Below are positions 21,230 through 31,391 of a DNA stretch of 64,000 bases, one piece after another. The translations under genes and the position numbers were made by a program. Within the stretch, counting starts at the first letter, position 1, and each line of letters begins with the position of its first letter. The stretch spans positions 2,976,001 to 3,040,000 of the forward strand of contig OY760686.1 of NCBI GenBank assembly GCA_963663865.1. Direction: 5' to 3'. Source of the stretch: Spirochaetota bacterium (lineage in GTDB: Bacteria; Spirochaetota; UBA4802; UBA5550). The notes below the pieces were generated by a model. The model saw nothing but the letters and a program-made list of their open reading frames with translations. It made no database searches and was not told where the DNA came from.

Positions 21230-21259
21230 AAAAAAAGAGGGATTGCTCCCTCTTTTTTT
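21230..21259. terminator. Bidirectional intrinsic terminator
   Basis: AAAAAAAGAGGGA-TTGC-TCCCTCTTTTTTT between convergent genes. Confidence 0.85.
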
Positions 21260-21286
21260 ATTTGCTTCAAAAATTTCACGGATGTT

Positions 21287-21916
21287 TTATCTGCGAGGCT
21301 GATTTCCCGCTGCCGGAGGCCTTCGTCTTTTCCCCGCCGGTTTCTGTTCCTTCGGCTTGTTCTTGATCTTCTTGCCGGGCATCTTCTTCCAGTCAAAGCG
21401 GTGAACTATATCTGCCAGGTCGATCAAGTCCCTGTGTACAGTGTTGTCATCGCTGCACCAGAGTGACACAGTGGCTCCGGACTCTTTTGTAGCTTCAACC
21501 GCCGGAATGAAGTCGCTGTCACCCGCCACCAGTATCGCATGCTGTATATGACCCGCCGCTGAATGTCTGACCATGTCTACTGACAGGAGCACATCGACCC
21601 TCTTCTGCTCAAAGTAGTCCTTGTATCCGTCGCGGCGTTTCTGAAGCTTTCCCAGCCTCACCGCCCAGCGCTCAACCTTGCGGATCTCCTCCATGAGGAC
21701 ATCGTGCTCCTCCATGCGCCTTTTTTCAACCTCAGTCGGTTCCGGCGACATCCATGGGGCGCAGTAGTAAAAATAACACCTTAAAAGATCAAGCTGAGCC
21801 AATTTTCTCAGCGGCTTTAACAGATATTCGCTGAGGTTTTTATAGTCGGGCTGAAGCCCGTGTAGTTTCATCTGTGACAGCACATAGGCGCCGTCGATAA
21901 ATATTGCTGCACGCAA
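21287..21916 (-). CDS. NYN-domain (LabA/DUF88, PIN-like) protein
   Basis: IFIDGAY, EQKRVDVLL and LVAGDSDF motifs; TTG start at 21916 behind GGAGGA. Confidence 0.88.
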   Translation of the reverse strand: MRAAIFIDGAYVLSQMKLHGLQPDYKNLSEYLLKPLRKLAQLDLLRCYFYYCAPWMSPEPTEVEKRRMEEHDVLMEEIRKVERWAVRLGKLQKRRDGYKDYFEQKRVDVLLSVDMVRHSAAGHIQHAILVAGDSDFIPAVEATKESGATVSLWCSDDNTVHRDLIDLADIVHRFDWKKMPGKKIKNKPKEQKPAGKRRRPPAAGNQPRR

Positions 21917-21965
21917 GTTATCCTCCAATACGTAATTTATTGTCTGTGTGAATGCCTTTATCCAT

Positions 21966-22706
21966 TCAGAAAACCGCGTCCGCTCCAATCACAGCGTAGT
22001 GGAACATTGAGAAGGTATAGACCTCGTCATTGTCCGCGCCGCCCTCAAGAATACGGTAACCGGCCTTAACCCTGAAGTTCTCGCTTATACTGTATCCGAG
22101 CAGAAGCGCGACATCCTCGGCCCTGCCCTGCGGCGCGGCAAGCGCGTCGCCGCCCAGATATGCGAAAAAGCCCGCGGGAAGGCTCGCCTCAACGGCAAAG
22201 TTCAGTATGGGCACGAAGCCGGTATTCTTCTTTTCAGTCGATATCCCCCCGCCTTTAACCGAAACACCCGCGTCCCGAATTTTCGCCGTAAACCCCGCAC
22301 CAAATGTGAAGACTTCACCAACATAGAATTTATACCTGTAGGTCATTCTGTACGAGTCAAACCTGAAACGCGCGGTAAGCTCAGTCCCTTCCGCAAAGGT
22401 CTCACCGTTATACTGAAGGTCTCTATCAAGTGTCCCCCTGGAGGTTACACGCAATGGAGTAGCCATGAATCCCAGATAGTGTTTTTCCGCGAAAGTGTAA
22501 CCGGCCTCAACCCTGAAGCTCCAGGCCATGTCCGGGTCAAGCTCATCTTTAAGGGAGAAGCGCGTCCCGTCGTCGCCTGGAATTCTGACATCGTTGTAAC
22601 CGGTAAATACCGGCCCGCCCTGCAAGTCAGCGTTAAACCGCGCATTGGCCATATCTCCGGCCAGAGAGAACACCAGCACAGCCGTTATTAAGCGAATCAC
22701 TTTCAC
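21966..22706 (-). CDS. Putative outer-membrane beta-barrel protein
   Basis: Signal peptide, amphipathic strands, GYRILEGGADNDEVY motif, terminal Phe. Confidence 0.7.
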   Translation of the reverse strand: MKVIRLITAVLVFSLAGDMANARFNADLQGGPVFTGYNDVRIPGDDGTRFSLKDELDPDMAWSFRVEAGYTFAEKHYLGFMATPLRVTSRGTLDRDLQYNGETFAEGTELTARFRFDSYRMTYRYKFYVGEVFTFGAGFTAKIRDAGVSVKGGGISTEKKNTGFVPILNFAVEASLPAGFFAYLGGDALAAPQGRAEDVALLLGYSISENFRVKAGYRILEGGADNDEVYTFSMFHYAVIGADAVF

Positions 22707-23009
22707 AGGAAGACCTCCGCGAGGCAGATTTTCACACAGGAATAGACGTTAATACGGGTACAATAAAAAAGCAAGAGTTTTATGAGGATGGGGACGGTTT
22801 GAGACTCCCGGGCTAAAGAATGAATCGATTAAATACCTGCAGAGGATTTACTAACAATTAACGTCTTGATCAAAACAACTAAATAACCCGGAGAAGTAAA
22901 TCTTTCAAATGCTGATAATACTTTTTATGACTTAAACGAAAAAACTATGTCAAAAATCCCGTTATAAAACCACATACATTGTATAAATGTAATTCAACAG
23001 TTGAGGTTA

Positions 23010-25517
23010 ATGATGAAAATAAAACTTACAATCGCCCTTATTTATTTTTTTATCATGCTTTTTATTTCATGTGGAGAGGATGAAGCTGTAAAAGAAGACC
23101 CGGCCCCCTTAAAAACACGGGCACTGGAGCTTCTTTCACAGATGACCCTTGAGCAGAAGGTCAACCAGATGAGCGGAGGGCCCAAGCAGGAATCAGTCAT
23201 ATCAATGATGACTCAGATATACGATGCCGAGCTCAATATTCCGAGCATGATTTTCACCGACGGTACCCGCGGCACCAAATCCATGACAAACAATATGGAT
23301 TACGCATACACAACGGTATTCCCTGTCGCCTCATTACGGGCTGCTTCTTTTGACCGGGATTCGGAAAGTATCGTTGGCGAGATAAGCGCCCTTGAAACAA
23401 GGTCATTGGGCAACTACGTCCTCTGCGCTCCGAACCTGAACCAGACGGTCAACCCGCGATACGGCAGGAGCCAGGAGTCCTATGGCGAGGACTCATATCT
23501 CATTGGTGAGATGGGGTCCTCACACATAAATGGAACAAAGTACTCCGGAGCTGCCGATGAAGACAATGACGGCAAACCCGATGTAGATGAAAACGGAACC
23601 GTCATATACTATGACGCTGAGGGAAGACGCAGCTATGCCGTCCAGTCAGTCATATCCGAATTTGCTTTGTCTGGAAATGAGAGCGCAAGATATCAATTGA
23701 ATGCCCTTGCTGATGAGAGGACTCTCCGCGAGGTATTTCTGGCTCAGTTTAAGAAGGCAATCGACCGGGCAGACCCGGCGGGTGTTATGTCAGCATACAA
23801 TATGGTGAACGGCAGCTGGAGCTCGTCCAACAAAGAGCTCATGAGCGATATTCTCTACGGGGAGTGGGGCTTTGAAGGATACACCGTTACACAGTGGTAT
23901 GGAATTGCGGAATCAACTGAAAAGGCCGTCGAAGCCCAACTTGGAATCGAGATGCCCTTCAGCAAAGGTGTCCACGACTTCGAGCCTGCATATGGTGGCC
24001 TGCTGGTTAGCGCTGTTAAGTACGGCAAAATCCCCGAAGAGAACATCGACAAAATCGTCCTGAGAATACTTGAAAGAAAGATAGCATATGGGATGCTGGA
24101 TCATGGCAGGGACTTTTCAAAAACCTATACTATAGGCGAGGAAGATAAATACCATGCTTATCAGAGTGCTGAGGGACTTCAGAGACCGGAGTCCATTCAG
24201 GCGAGCCTTGAGATCGCGAGGAGGGGAATTGTACTCCTGAAGGACGGCGGCCGAAGCACTGAGTCATCAGACGGCGCCCTGCTTCCTATTAACAGCAGCT
24301 CAGAGATTATTACAGCTGAACATCCTGCAGTCATGCTTGGGCAATATTCCAACGTTGCCCGCACCGGTGATATAGGTTCATCGTATGCCACTTCATCTCC
24401 CCCGGGGTGCAGCCTTGACATCACTCCTTATCAGGGCTTCAGCGAACTTCTCGGGCAAGAACGCGTTAAGTATTTCACCGGCAATACGGACCCTGACTAT
24501 TACGATTACTACCAATCAGTGAATCATGAGGGGTATGGAGACGCGGAGGCGTTGAACGCGCTTAAGACAGCGTCATGGGCAATCATTGTAAGCTCCTATG
24601 TCCCCGCAATTATTTCAGCAGTTGAATGCGGCATTGGATCATGTAATTGGGAAAGAGGTGAAGAAGGTGAACAAATGGACCGTTCTTCACTTTCGCTGCC
24701 AACTCGCGACCTTGGCAACATACAGGCGGCAGTTCAAGCGAAAACAGCCAACCCCGACCTCAAAATCATGGTAATAATAGAGAGCGGTTCAGCCGTACTC
24801 GTCGAGGGCTTCGTTGATGAAGTCGATGTGATTGTCCAGGCATGGTACCCCGGCATGTGCGGAGGTCAGGCCATAGCCGAGCTCGTCTTCGGCCGGACAC
24901 TCGACCAAAACATATGGACAGGTGAGCCGCAGGAGGTCAGAGCTGTCAGCTTCTCAGGGAAAAGCCCTGTGACATGGCCCCGTTCGGATGCCCAGCTTCC
25001 CTTATATCCCTCAAGCAGACAAACAACTGAATACAACTACAGCTATTACCACGGCTACCGCCTCTTCGAGCAGGGGCTGGCTGAAACAGAAGAGAAGAGC
25101 CCCCGCTACTGGTTCGGTTACGGGCTGAGCTACAATACCTACAGCTACAGCAACCTGGAGGTCGATCCTAACTTTGTTAATGATGAAGGAACCCGGCTTG
25201 TCAAGGTGAGCGTCGATGTCACAAACAACGGAGAGTACGATTCATCAGAGATTGTGCAGGCCTATGTCGGATTCAGTCACTCACAGCTTGACGACGCCTG
25301 GGGCCGTCCGGTCAAGCAGCTCTTCGGCTTCGAACGTGTTGACATTGCGGCAGGAGAAACAGAAAAAGCGGTCATGTACATTGAGCCATCAGATCTCGCT
25401 TACTGGGACGAGGCCTCTCAGAGCATGGTAATCGAAGACATACAGTACGAGCTTATCGTTGCAGAAAGCTCCGATCCGAATGCCCAAAAGCTAACCTTGG
25501 CCTTCAGGCTGTATTAG
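23010..25517 (+). CDS. GH3 beta-glucosidase-fold lipoprotein with Fn3-like C-terminus, catalytic motifs altered
   Basis: Lipobox FISC; GRSQESYGED, VMSAYN, WGFEG, IVLLK, AWYPG, FGYGLSY and KQLFGFERV motifs. Confidence 0.85.
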   Translation: MMKIKLTIALIYFFIMLFISCGEDEAVKEDPAPLKTRALELLSQMTLEQKVNQMSGGPKQESVISMMTQIYDAELNIPSMIFTDGTRGTKSMTNNMDYAYTTVFPVASLRAASFDRDSESIVGEISALETRSLGNYVLCAPNLNQTVNPRYGRSQESYGEDSYLIGEMGSSHINGTKYSGAADEDNDGKPDVDENGTVIYYDAEGRRSYAVQSVISEFALSGNESARYQLNALADERTLREVFLAQFKKAIDRADPAGVMSAYNMVNGSWSSSNKELMSDILYGEWGFEGYTVTQWYGIAESTEKAVEAQLGIEMPFSKGVHDFEPAYGGLLVSAVKYGKIPEENIDKIVLRILERKIAYGMLDHGRDFSKTYTIGEEDKYHAYQSAEGLQRPESIQASLEIARRGIVLLKDGGRSTESSDGALLPINSSSEIITAEHPAVMLGQYSNVARTGDIGSSYATSSPPGCSLDITPYQGFSELLGQERVKYFTGNTDPDYYDYYQSVNHEGYGDAEALNALKTASWAIIVSSYVPAIISAVECGIGSCNWERGEEGEQMDRSSLSLPTRDLGNIQAAVQAKTANPDLKIMVIIESGSAVLVEGFVDEVDVIVQAWYPGMCGGQAIAELVFGRTLDQNIWTGEPQEVRAVSFSGKSPVTWPRSDAQLPLYPSSRQTTEYNYSYYHGYRLFEQGLAETEEKSPRYWFGYGLSYNTYSYSNLEVDPNFVNDEGTRLVKVSVDVTNNGEYDSSEIVQAYVGFSHSQLDDAWGRPVKQLFGFERVDIAAGETEKAVMYIEPSDLAYWDEASQSMVIEDIQYELIVAESSDPNAQKLTLAFRLY

Positions 25518-25534
25518 ACTTATCCGGATAGCAA

Positions 25535-25573
25535 GAAGGCCTGCCGCCGCCAACTCTGGTACGGCAGGCCTTC
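25535..25573. terminator. Probable terminator hairpin after the GH3 gene
   Basis: GAAGGCCTGCCG...CGGCAGGCCTTC, 12-bp stem between convergent genes. Confidence 0.6.
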
Positions 25574-25730
25574 CTGTTTCACAGGTCTTCATCATTATAT
25601 TATGCTGGCAACCAGACATCCCTGATTGGATGCCATGTAATATCTTTGTTTATTCCCCGTTGCCCTTCACCATTTAATCAAGGGCCTGACTTTGTAACAA
25701 TGCCCGGATAAAACCCATTAACTGTCCACC

Positions 25731-26819
25731 TTACCTGCTCTGAATATACTCTACAGTCAACAGAACAAATCTATCAGCAGATCCTCTCGAATCCCATGTC
25801 GGATAGGGGAATGCTGATACAAGATTAATCCTGTATCCGGCATAATCGGTTTCTATTCCCTGCTCCAGTTCAAGAGCAACTGTTTCCGAGCCTTTAATGA
25901 ATAATTCTATCTCGGAAGATAAACTACTCTTACCATCACATACCAGCTCAATGGGGCATCTCGAATCGGTTATGGATACGCACTTCAGCATGAGGCCGTC
26001 TCCGGAAAGGGTTTCGCCCTCCTTAAGACGAAACTCCGTGCCGCTGGTATTGGGAATACGCTCTTCATCATCCGCGGTCGCCTTCATAACAGCATAGTTG
26101 TTTCCGAAAGCCGCTTCGTTAGCATCTTCATTTTGCTTAACATCTTCAAGTGTAAGCTTATAGCCGAAGAGATAGGTTTCATTCCTGCCGCTTAATCCTT
26201 CATCTCCAAGAACAAAGGCCGAATACTGATTACGATCAGAGGAATAGAGACTGAAGTTACCATAAACATAGCTCCCCGCGCTGAACAGTCTCAGGGAGGT
26301 TATAAGCCCTTCCTCATTACTAATAGCTGCTTCTGAAGGCTTGAACTCAAGATCAGTCCCGAAAGAAAACTCAACAATTTTAAGGGAGTCAGTATTGTTC
26401 CAGTAGAGCTCCTTTTTAAAAGCTGAGTCATTTACATCAATCACTTCCTTGCTTGCATTTATGTAAATATTCTCAGTAGAAAACCAGTAACAGTCATCAT
26501 CGCTCAGTGTTCCCGCGAAATCGTGGGCAACAACCCTGTTCCATACCTGGTCAGGACCCATATTGATAAAATAATAAACCTCAGAGGTTTCCAAATCTGT
26601 GAGTCTGTACACCTCCTGCGGACGCCAGTTATCCGGTATGGCAGCATCAATCAGATCCGCAACCTGCTTCGGCAACTCCTGTAATGGCAGAGATACCCCT
26701 TCCGGGCTGTAAATCGGCTCATCCTCTCCGCCTGTATTGTCAGAATTTTCACACGATAAATTAATCACCATGAATATCATGACAATACAGATAAACATTG
26801 ACCTTGAAATTCTCTTCAT
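25731..26819 (-). CDS. Hypothetical lipoprotein (paralogue of 33928..35124)
   Basis: Lipobox-like NLSC; C-terminal DSRCP-x4-C...AFPYP domain. Confidence 0.7.
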   Translation of the reverse strand: MKRISRSMFICIVMIFMVINLSCENSDNTGGEDEPIYSPEGVSLPLQELPKQVADLIDAAIPDNWRPQEVYRLTDLETSEVYYFINMGPDQVWNRVVAHDFAGTLSDDDCYWFSTENIYINASKEVIDVNDSAFKKELYWNNTDSLKIVEFSFGTDLEFKPSEAAISNEEGLITSLRLFSAGSYVYGNFSLYSSDRNQYSAFVLGDEGLSGRNETYLFGYKLTLEDVKQNEDANEAAFGNNYAVMKATADDEERIPNTSGTEFRLKEGETLSGDGLMLKCVSITDSRCPIELVCDGKSSLSSEIELFIKGSETVALELEQGIETDYAGYRINLVSAFPYPTWDSRGSADRFVLLTVEYIQSR

Positions 26820-27002
26820 GCCAGCCGCCTAAAAAATATATTCCAGTACAGGGAATCCCATCGCAGCAGAATTCCTGCTGTTATTTATGTGTTATATTTC
26901 CCTGAATTTTGACATGTTTTTTTAAGGAGTATATTTTTTTCATGAGCCAAGCAGATTGCGGTATAATCAAAAAAAAGATTACTTCATGCGGGGAGTTTTA
27001 TT

Positions 27003-28235
27003 TCAGACCTCAAACCTGGTTCCGGTTTCAAGACACTCAGCCAGACGGCGATAAACAGTCGTAATGGCGTCACGCGAGCTGTTCCCTTTAAGACCGCGGA
27101 TTATTCGTTCCGAAAGCGTGCCCTCCCGGCAGATAAACTCAAGATCACGGGCGTAACCAGAGTAATCCGGGTAGAAATCGGCAAGACGCGAAGAAAGAAC
27201 CGGGACAAGCTCCGCGGCGGATAATGACTGTCCTCTTACGCCGAAGAGCTCAAGATAGCCGGGCGCATCTATGACAGCGCGCGAAGCATCCCGAATCGCC
27301 GCGCTCAGAATCTCCGTGAGAAGCCCGGTTGAAACACTGCGCTGTGCAGCAAAGCCGCAGAACCTCTCCTCAACGAGCGCACGGGCAAGATGCGCACAGA
27401 ACGAGGCAACAGCCATGTCCATTCGGGGACATTCCTGCGTGTCAGCCAGCCTGAGTTCGACAGCGTCCCTGTCAAAGCGGGCAATCGCCCCCCTTGAGTT
27501 AAGCCATTCTTCAGCGAGTATGCCTTCGGTATCGAAGGGGGCGATTGCCCGGTACATCGGTTCGAGTATAACCTTCTGGTATTCTTCGCGCGAGAAGACA
27601 GGCTCGGGAATAACACGCCCTGTTATCTCAGGGATATTCGACTGGTTCATCCTGTAAACTTCGAGCCTTTCATCAAGGCTGACAGCCGGAGCCCCATCCC
27701 GCAAAGGAGACGACGCCGCGACTGCCGGAACAAGCGGCAGAACGATTCTCACAGCGCTGTGCAGGGCCGCGAACTCTCTGTCGCCCTTGAATGGAAGGTT
27801 CAGGTGAACACTCTGCAGGTTTGACCACCCGTGCCCCGAACAGCCGAATATCCTGTCGTAAGTCTCGTAGATTGCCCTGTCGCCATGCTTCCAGATTACT
27901 GTCTCGCTTCCCGGGTCCATGAAGGGGTGCATACCTCCCGGAAGCAGACAGCCTCCCGTCCTGGTAAGGTGTTTATTTATGAGGCGGATATCATTCTGAA
28001 ACACATCTTCAAGCCCGGTCAGAGACTTTACCGGCAAAGCGGTTTTAAGCTCAATTACGTGATTTACCAGCTCGTTTGACCAGGTCAAGTCTCCGGAGTT
28101 GAATTCACTCGCGCCGCTTTCGGCAAAATCGCCCAAAATCTCATCCGCGCATGGAAGAACTTCCAAAGTACCCGGGCGGACAATCATGTACTCTATCTCA
28201 ATCCCGAAGGCCTCAAAGAGCCCGTAGCTTTTCAC
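27003..28235 (-). CDS. Glutamate--cysteine ligase family 2 (GCS2) carboxylate-amine ligase
   Basis: FGIEIEY, HVIELKT, GGMHP, SVHLNL and ELRLAD motifs; GTGA overlap with the upstream gene. Confidence 0.85.
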   Translation of the reverse strand: MKSYGLFEAFGIEIEYMIVRPGTLEVLPCADEILGDFAESGASEFNSGDLTWSNELVNHVIELKTALPVKSLTGLEDVFQNDIRLINKHLTRTGGCLLPGGMHPFMDPGSETVIWKHGDRAIYETYDRIFGCSGHGWSNLQSVHLNLPFKGDREFAALHSAVRIVLPLVPAVAASSPLRDGAPAVSLDERLEVYRMNQSNIPEITGRVIPEPVFSREEYQKVILEPMYRAIAPFDTEGILAEEWLNSRGAIARFDRDAVELRLADTQECPRMDMAVASFCAHLARALVEERFCGFAAQRSVSTGLLTEILSAAIRDASRAVIDAPGYLELFGVRGQSLSAAELVPVLSSRLADFYPDYSGYARDLEFICREGTLSERIIRGLKGNSSRDAITTVYRRLAECLETGTRFEV

Positions 28236-29713
28236 TTCGCTATCCTCAGGTGCTCCTTTTCCTTGCGGCTTCTAACTCTTTCGTAAAACACCTTCATTAT
28301 GCTCATATAAAGTTCATCTTTAAGAACACGGTCTTCAACGCCGTAGTCAAGGCTCGGATTGTCGTTTACCTCAATAACATAGCACTTGCCGCCCGACACC
28401 TTGAGGTCGACACCGTATATGCCGTCACCGATACAGTTTGCCGCCTTCAGAGCGGTCTGTATCACCCTTGACGGAACATCCTCGACAGGAACAGTCTCTC
28501 CCCGGCCCGCGTGGTTCTTCCCCTTCTTCTCCCAGTTGAGTATCTGCCAGTGATTGGCTGCCATGAAGTACTTGCAGGCATAGAGCGGCTTTCGGTCTAT
28601 TATGCCTATACGCCAGTCAAAGTCGGTCCTCATAAACTCCTGAGCAATCAGAAGGTCGGACCTGTCAAAGAGCTCGCCGGCCGTCTTGCGGAACTCCGCC
28701 TTGCTCTCGACCTTGACAACGCCCTGCGAGTAGGAGCTGTCAGGCTGCTTGAGAATCATAGGGAAAGGCAGGCCGTCAGCCGCCATTTTCATGTTATCGC
28801 TGCTGAAAACAAGCGTCTTCGGCGTTGGAATTTTATAACGGCCCATCATCTCGGCAAGGTAGACCTTGTTAGTGCACTTGATGATTGACTGAGGGTCATC
28901 AATAACGACCAGCCCTTCGGCCTGAGCCCTCTGGGCAAACCTGAAGGTGTGGTGATTGACGCCCGTAGTTTCACGGATAAACAGCGCGTCGTACTCGGCG
29001 ATGTCCCTGAGGCTGTCCTTCTCTATGAGGTCCACGTTGAAGCCGGCCTTCTCGCCGCATTTGACGAACTTCTCCATTGCCTTTGAGTCAGAGGGCGGGG
29101 TCTTCTCGGACGAGTTCACAAGAATAGCCATATCGTAGGGAGCCGGGGCCTTTCTTTTTATGTACTGAATATCCCTTGAAAAATAGCTCCTGGCAAATTC
29201 AAGCACATACTCGCGGTGCTCATCGGGAATATCGTTGCCGGATATCAGCTGAATGTTCTGAATCTTCCAGCGTGTATTTTTTTTGTAAAAGAACACCCTC
29301 AGCAGCGGAGCCTGAAAAAGCTTGTATATTTCCCGGCTAAGCCTGTCGTAGCGCGGGGAGAGATTGCGTCCGAAGTATATACTGAGCACGAAGTTGCCTG
29401 ACTGAATATGCGACAGGCTCTTCTGAACCAGGCTGTCAAGCTCTTCGGCGATTACCCTTATAACATGGGGGGCCTTCATCTCCTGAATGGTGGAAACCTT
29501 CGGAAAGGCCTTATGCCCCCTGGCCACCGCCAGCAGCGAAACATAGTATCCCATCGACTGATAGCGGTACGACTTGCAGAGGTTGAAAATCTTCGTCCCC
29601 TTTCTGTTAAGATATTCTCCGCTGAAGAGATACTCTTTGGCCGTGATAACGCTAACTCCCGGAATGTCGAAGTTCCAGTTCTTGAGAGTGTTTACAACAA
29701 TGTAATTCTGCAT
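28232..29713 (-). CDS. RimK-family ATP-grasp ligase with N-terminal RLAN-type domain
   Basis: NLCKSYRYQSMGYYVSLLAVARGH N-domain; DALFIRETT, KVY, LKQPDS, QEF, GVDLK and IEVNDNP motifs. Confidence 0.88.
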   Translation of the reverse strand: MQNYIVVNTLKNWNFDIPGVSVITAKEYLFSGEYLNRKGTKIFNLCKSYRYQSMGYYVSLLAVARGHKAFPKVSTIQEMKAPHVIRVIAEELDSLVQKSLSHIQSGNFVLSIYFGRNLSPRYDRLSREIYKLFQAPLLRVFFYKKNTRWKIQNIQLISGNDIPDEHREYVLEFARSYFSRDIQYIKRKAPAPYDMAILVNSSEKTPPSDSKAMEKFVKCGEKAGFNVDLIEKDSLRDIAEYDALFIRETTGVNHHTFRFAQRAQAEGLVVIDDPQSIIKCTNKVYLAEMMGRYKIPTPKTLVFSSDNMKMAADGLPFPMILKQPDSSYSQGVVKVESKAEFRKTAGELFDRSDLLIAQEFMRTDFDWRIGIIDRKPLYACKYFMAANHWQILNWEKKGKNHAGRGETVPVEDVPSRVIQTALKAANCIGDGIYGVDLKVSGGKCYVIEVNDNPSLDYGVEDRVLKDELYMSIMKVFYERVRSRKEKEHLRIAK

Positions 29714-29729
29714 CTTTTATTCTCCGCTG

Positions 29730-30512
29730 TCACGCCGGCCTTATCACCAGCAGATTGGAATCGTAAGTAAGTACACCGAGAAGTATTGAATTAATCAGGC
29801 GGCCTGCTCTGACATAGTAGAACTGCCTTTCAGCAACCGGGTTCGCCGCGTAAGGGTCAGCGAGAAGGACCCTCTTTCTCGCCATGTCGTATCTCACGAG
29901 TACGACAAAGTGCCCCGCAGGCTCTCCCCGCAGGTCATCTTCCTCGCCGGTGGCCCCGATTTCCCGCGTTGAGCGGTAAAGCCAGGTGGAGCTCAGTCCG
30001 GTTATCACGGGCGTGCCGCCGCCAAGTTGTTTTTTTATGAGGGGGGATGATATGTCTCTGAACTCCAACCGCCCGCCGAGCTCAAGAAACCTTCTGTAAG
30101 ACCTTACAGCAAAGCGCGTACGCTCGTCAGTCTTATACAGAGCCCGCTGTTCAAGCCTGGCCCTCAGTTCATCGCGTTTCAGGTTAAACCAGCTCGGATC
30201 AAACACCTGGATGTTGACGGTATAGATGTCCGCTGAATACCCTCTCTCAAGGGCATGATTGGCAAGATTGACGGCAAGCGTACCGCCTTCGCTCAGCGTC
30301 TCGACCGCTTCAATGACGCTGCTCAGGGGAACTGAGTCGCCGTAATAGCTGTAAACCGCGTGAAGACAGGTCGGCCCGCAGGACGTATCGTCAGGCTGAG
30401 GGCTCATTTCAAGAAAGCGGCTTTCCCTGCTTTCACACCGGCCGTCAGAGCGGCCGCATTCGGGTTCCATCTCGGTTTCGTAACCTCCGGATTTAAGCAA
30501 ATCCGATGACAA
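29730..30512 (-). CDS. C39-like papain-fold cysteine peptidase (start uncertain)
   Basis: QPDDTSCGPTCL (oxyanion Q, catalytic C), GHFVVL (H), LADP (D). Confidence 0.8.
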   Translation of the reverse strand: MSSDLLKSGGYETEMEPECGRSDGRCESRESRFLEMSPQPDDTSCGPTCLHAVYSYYGDSVPLSSVIEAVETLSEGGTLAVNLANHALERGYSADIYTVNIQVFDPSWFNLKRDELRARLEQRALYKTDERTRFAVRSYRRFLELGGRLEFRDISSPLIKKQLGGGTPVITGLSSTWLYRSTREIGATGEEDDLRGEPAGHFVVLVRYDMARKRVLLADPYAANPVAERQFYYVRAGRLINSILLGVLTYDSNLLVIRPA

Positions 30513-30616
30513 TAAGAAACCATGGCCGAATAAATCAATATAAATTCTGGTAAGATGTAATAAATTTCATTCCGACTGACCCGCCGGCAGCAGGTCAATC
30601 ATTAACATACCTGTTC

Positions 30617-31327
30617 TCAATTCACATCGAGCCCGTCGAAGTTAATCTCAGATACGGCCGTATCCTTCCAGCGCTTTCCCTCATACACTTCGGCGATCTC
30701 AAATCTCAGCTTCAGGGACACCCCCTCCCGGTCTGAACCCTGAGGGCCAATAGCGAAAACCTGCGGACCGGTAACGTCCTTAAGCGAAAGAAAGGAATGC
30801 AGGCTGCCGTTCACGTACAGCTTAAATATCTTCACCCTGGAGTTGTCCTCCCATGTCTTCCTGTTAAGCTGAAATCCGTTGTATATTATGACCCTGTTAA
30901 CCCGAGGAGATTTCGGCGGAAAGGAATACTCGATGAACTGGCCGATTCCGTAGTCCTTTCTACCTTCGACCCATGCTGTTTTCATGTCGAAATCATGGGC
31001 CTTTGCCGGTTCGTATGAGTACTTTCCCTGAGCCGGCAGAAACGATGAGGCCTCTGTCTTCAGCGGGCCTCCAGCATTGTACCAGCTGCTTCCGTTTGTT
31101 ACTGTTTCATAAGGCCCCTGTATCTCGTACTTAAAGAAAAGCTCCTTCTCGGCAGGGGTCATATTCGCGAACCCCTTCGCCAGAATTGAGTCAACCCTCT
31201 CAAGCTCCGCAAAATTTACGGGCTGAAGACCGAACGGCTTCAGAAGAGGAACATCTCCGCCCAAAAGAATTGCCGGTATTATCGTCACAAAAAAAGATAC
31301 CACAATATACTTCATTTTTGATTTCAT
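30617..31327 (-). CDS. Exported protein with NADase-type/discoidin-like glycan-binding domain
   Basis: Signal peptide; D-x3-TAWVEG, GIGQ, IYNGF, NSRVK and DTAVSEI motifs. Confidence 0.7.
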   Translation of the reverse strand: MKSKMKYIVVSFFVTIIPAILLGGDVPLLKPFGLQPVNFAELERVDSILAKGFANMTPAEKELFFKYEIQGPYETVTNGSSWYNAGGPLKTEASSFLPAQGKYSYEPAKAHDFDMKTAWVEGRKDYGIGQFIEYSFPPKSPRVNRVIIYNGFQLNRKTWEDNSRVKIFKLYVNGSLHSFLSLKDVTGPQVFAIGPQGSDREGVSLKLRFEIAEVYEGKRWKDTAVSEINFDGLDVN

Positions 31328-31391
31328 TGTTCTGTTCCCCCACCATGGATTTGGTCCGCGATAAACAGCGGTCAAATTACTTCGATTTATT

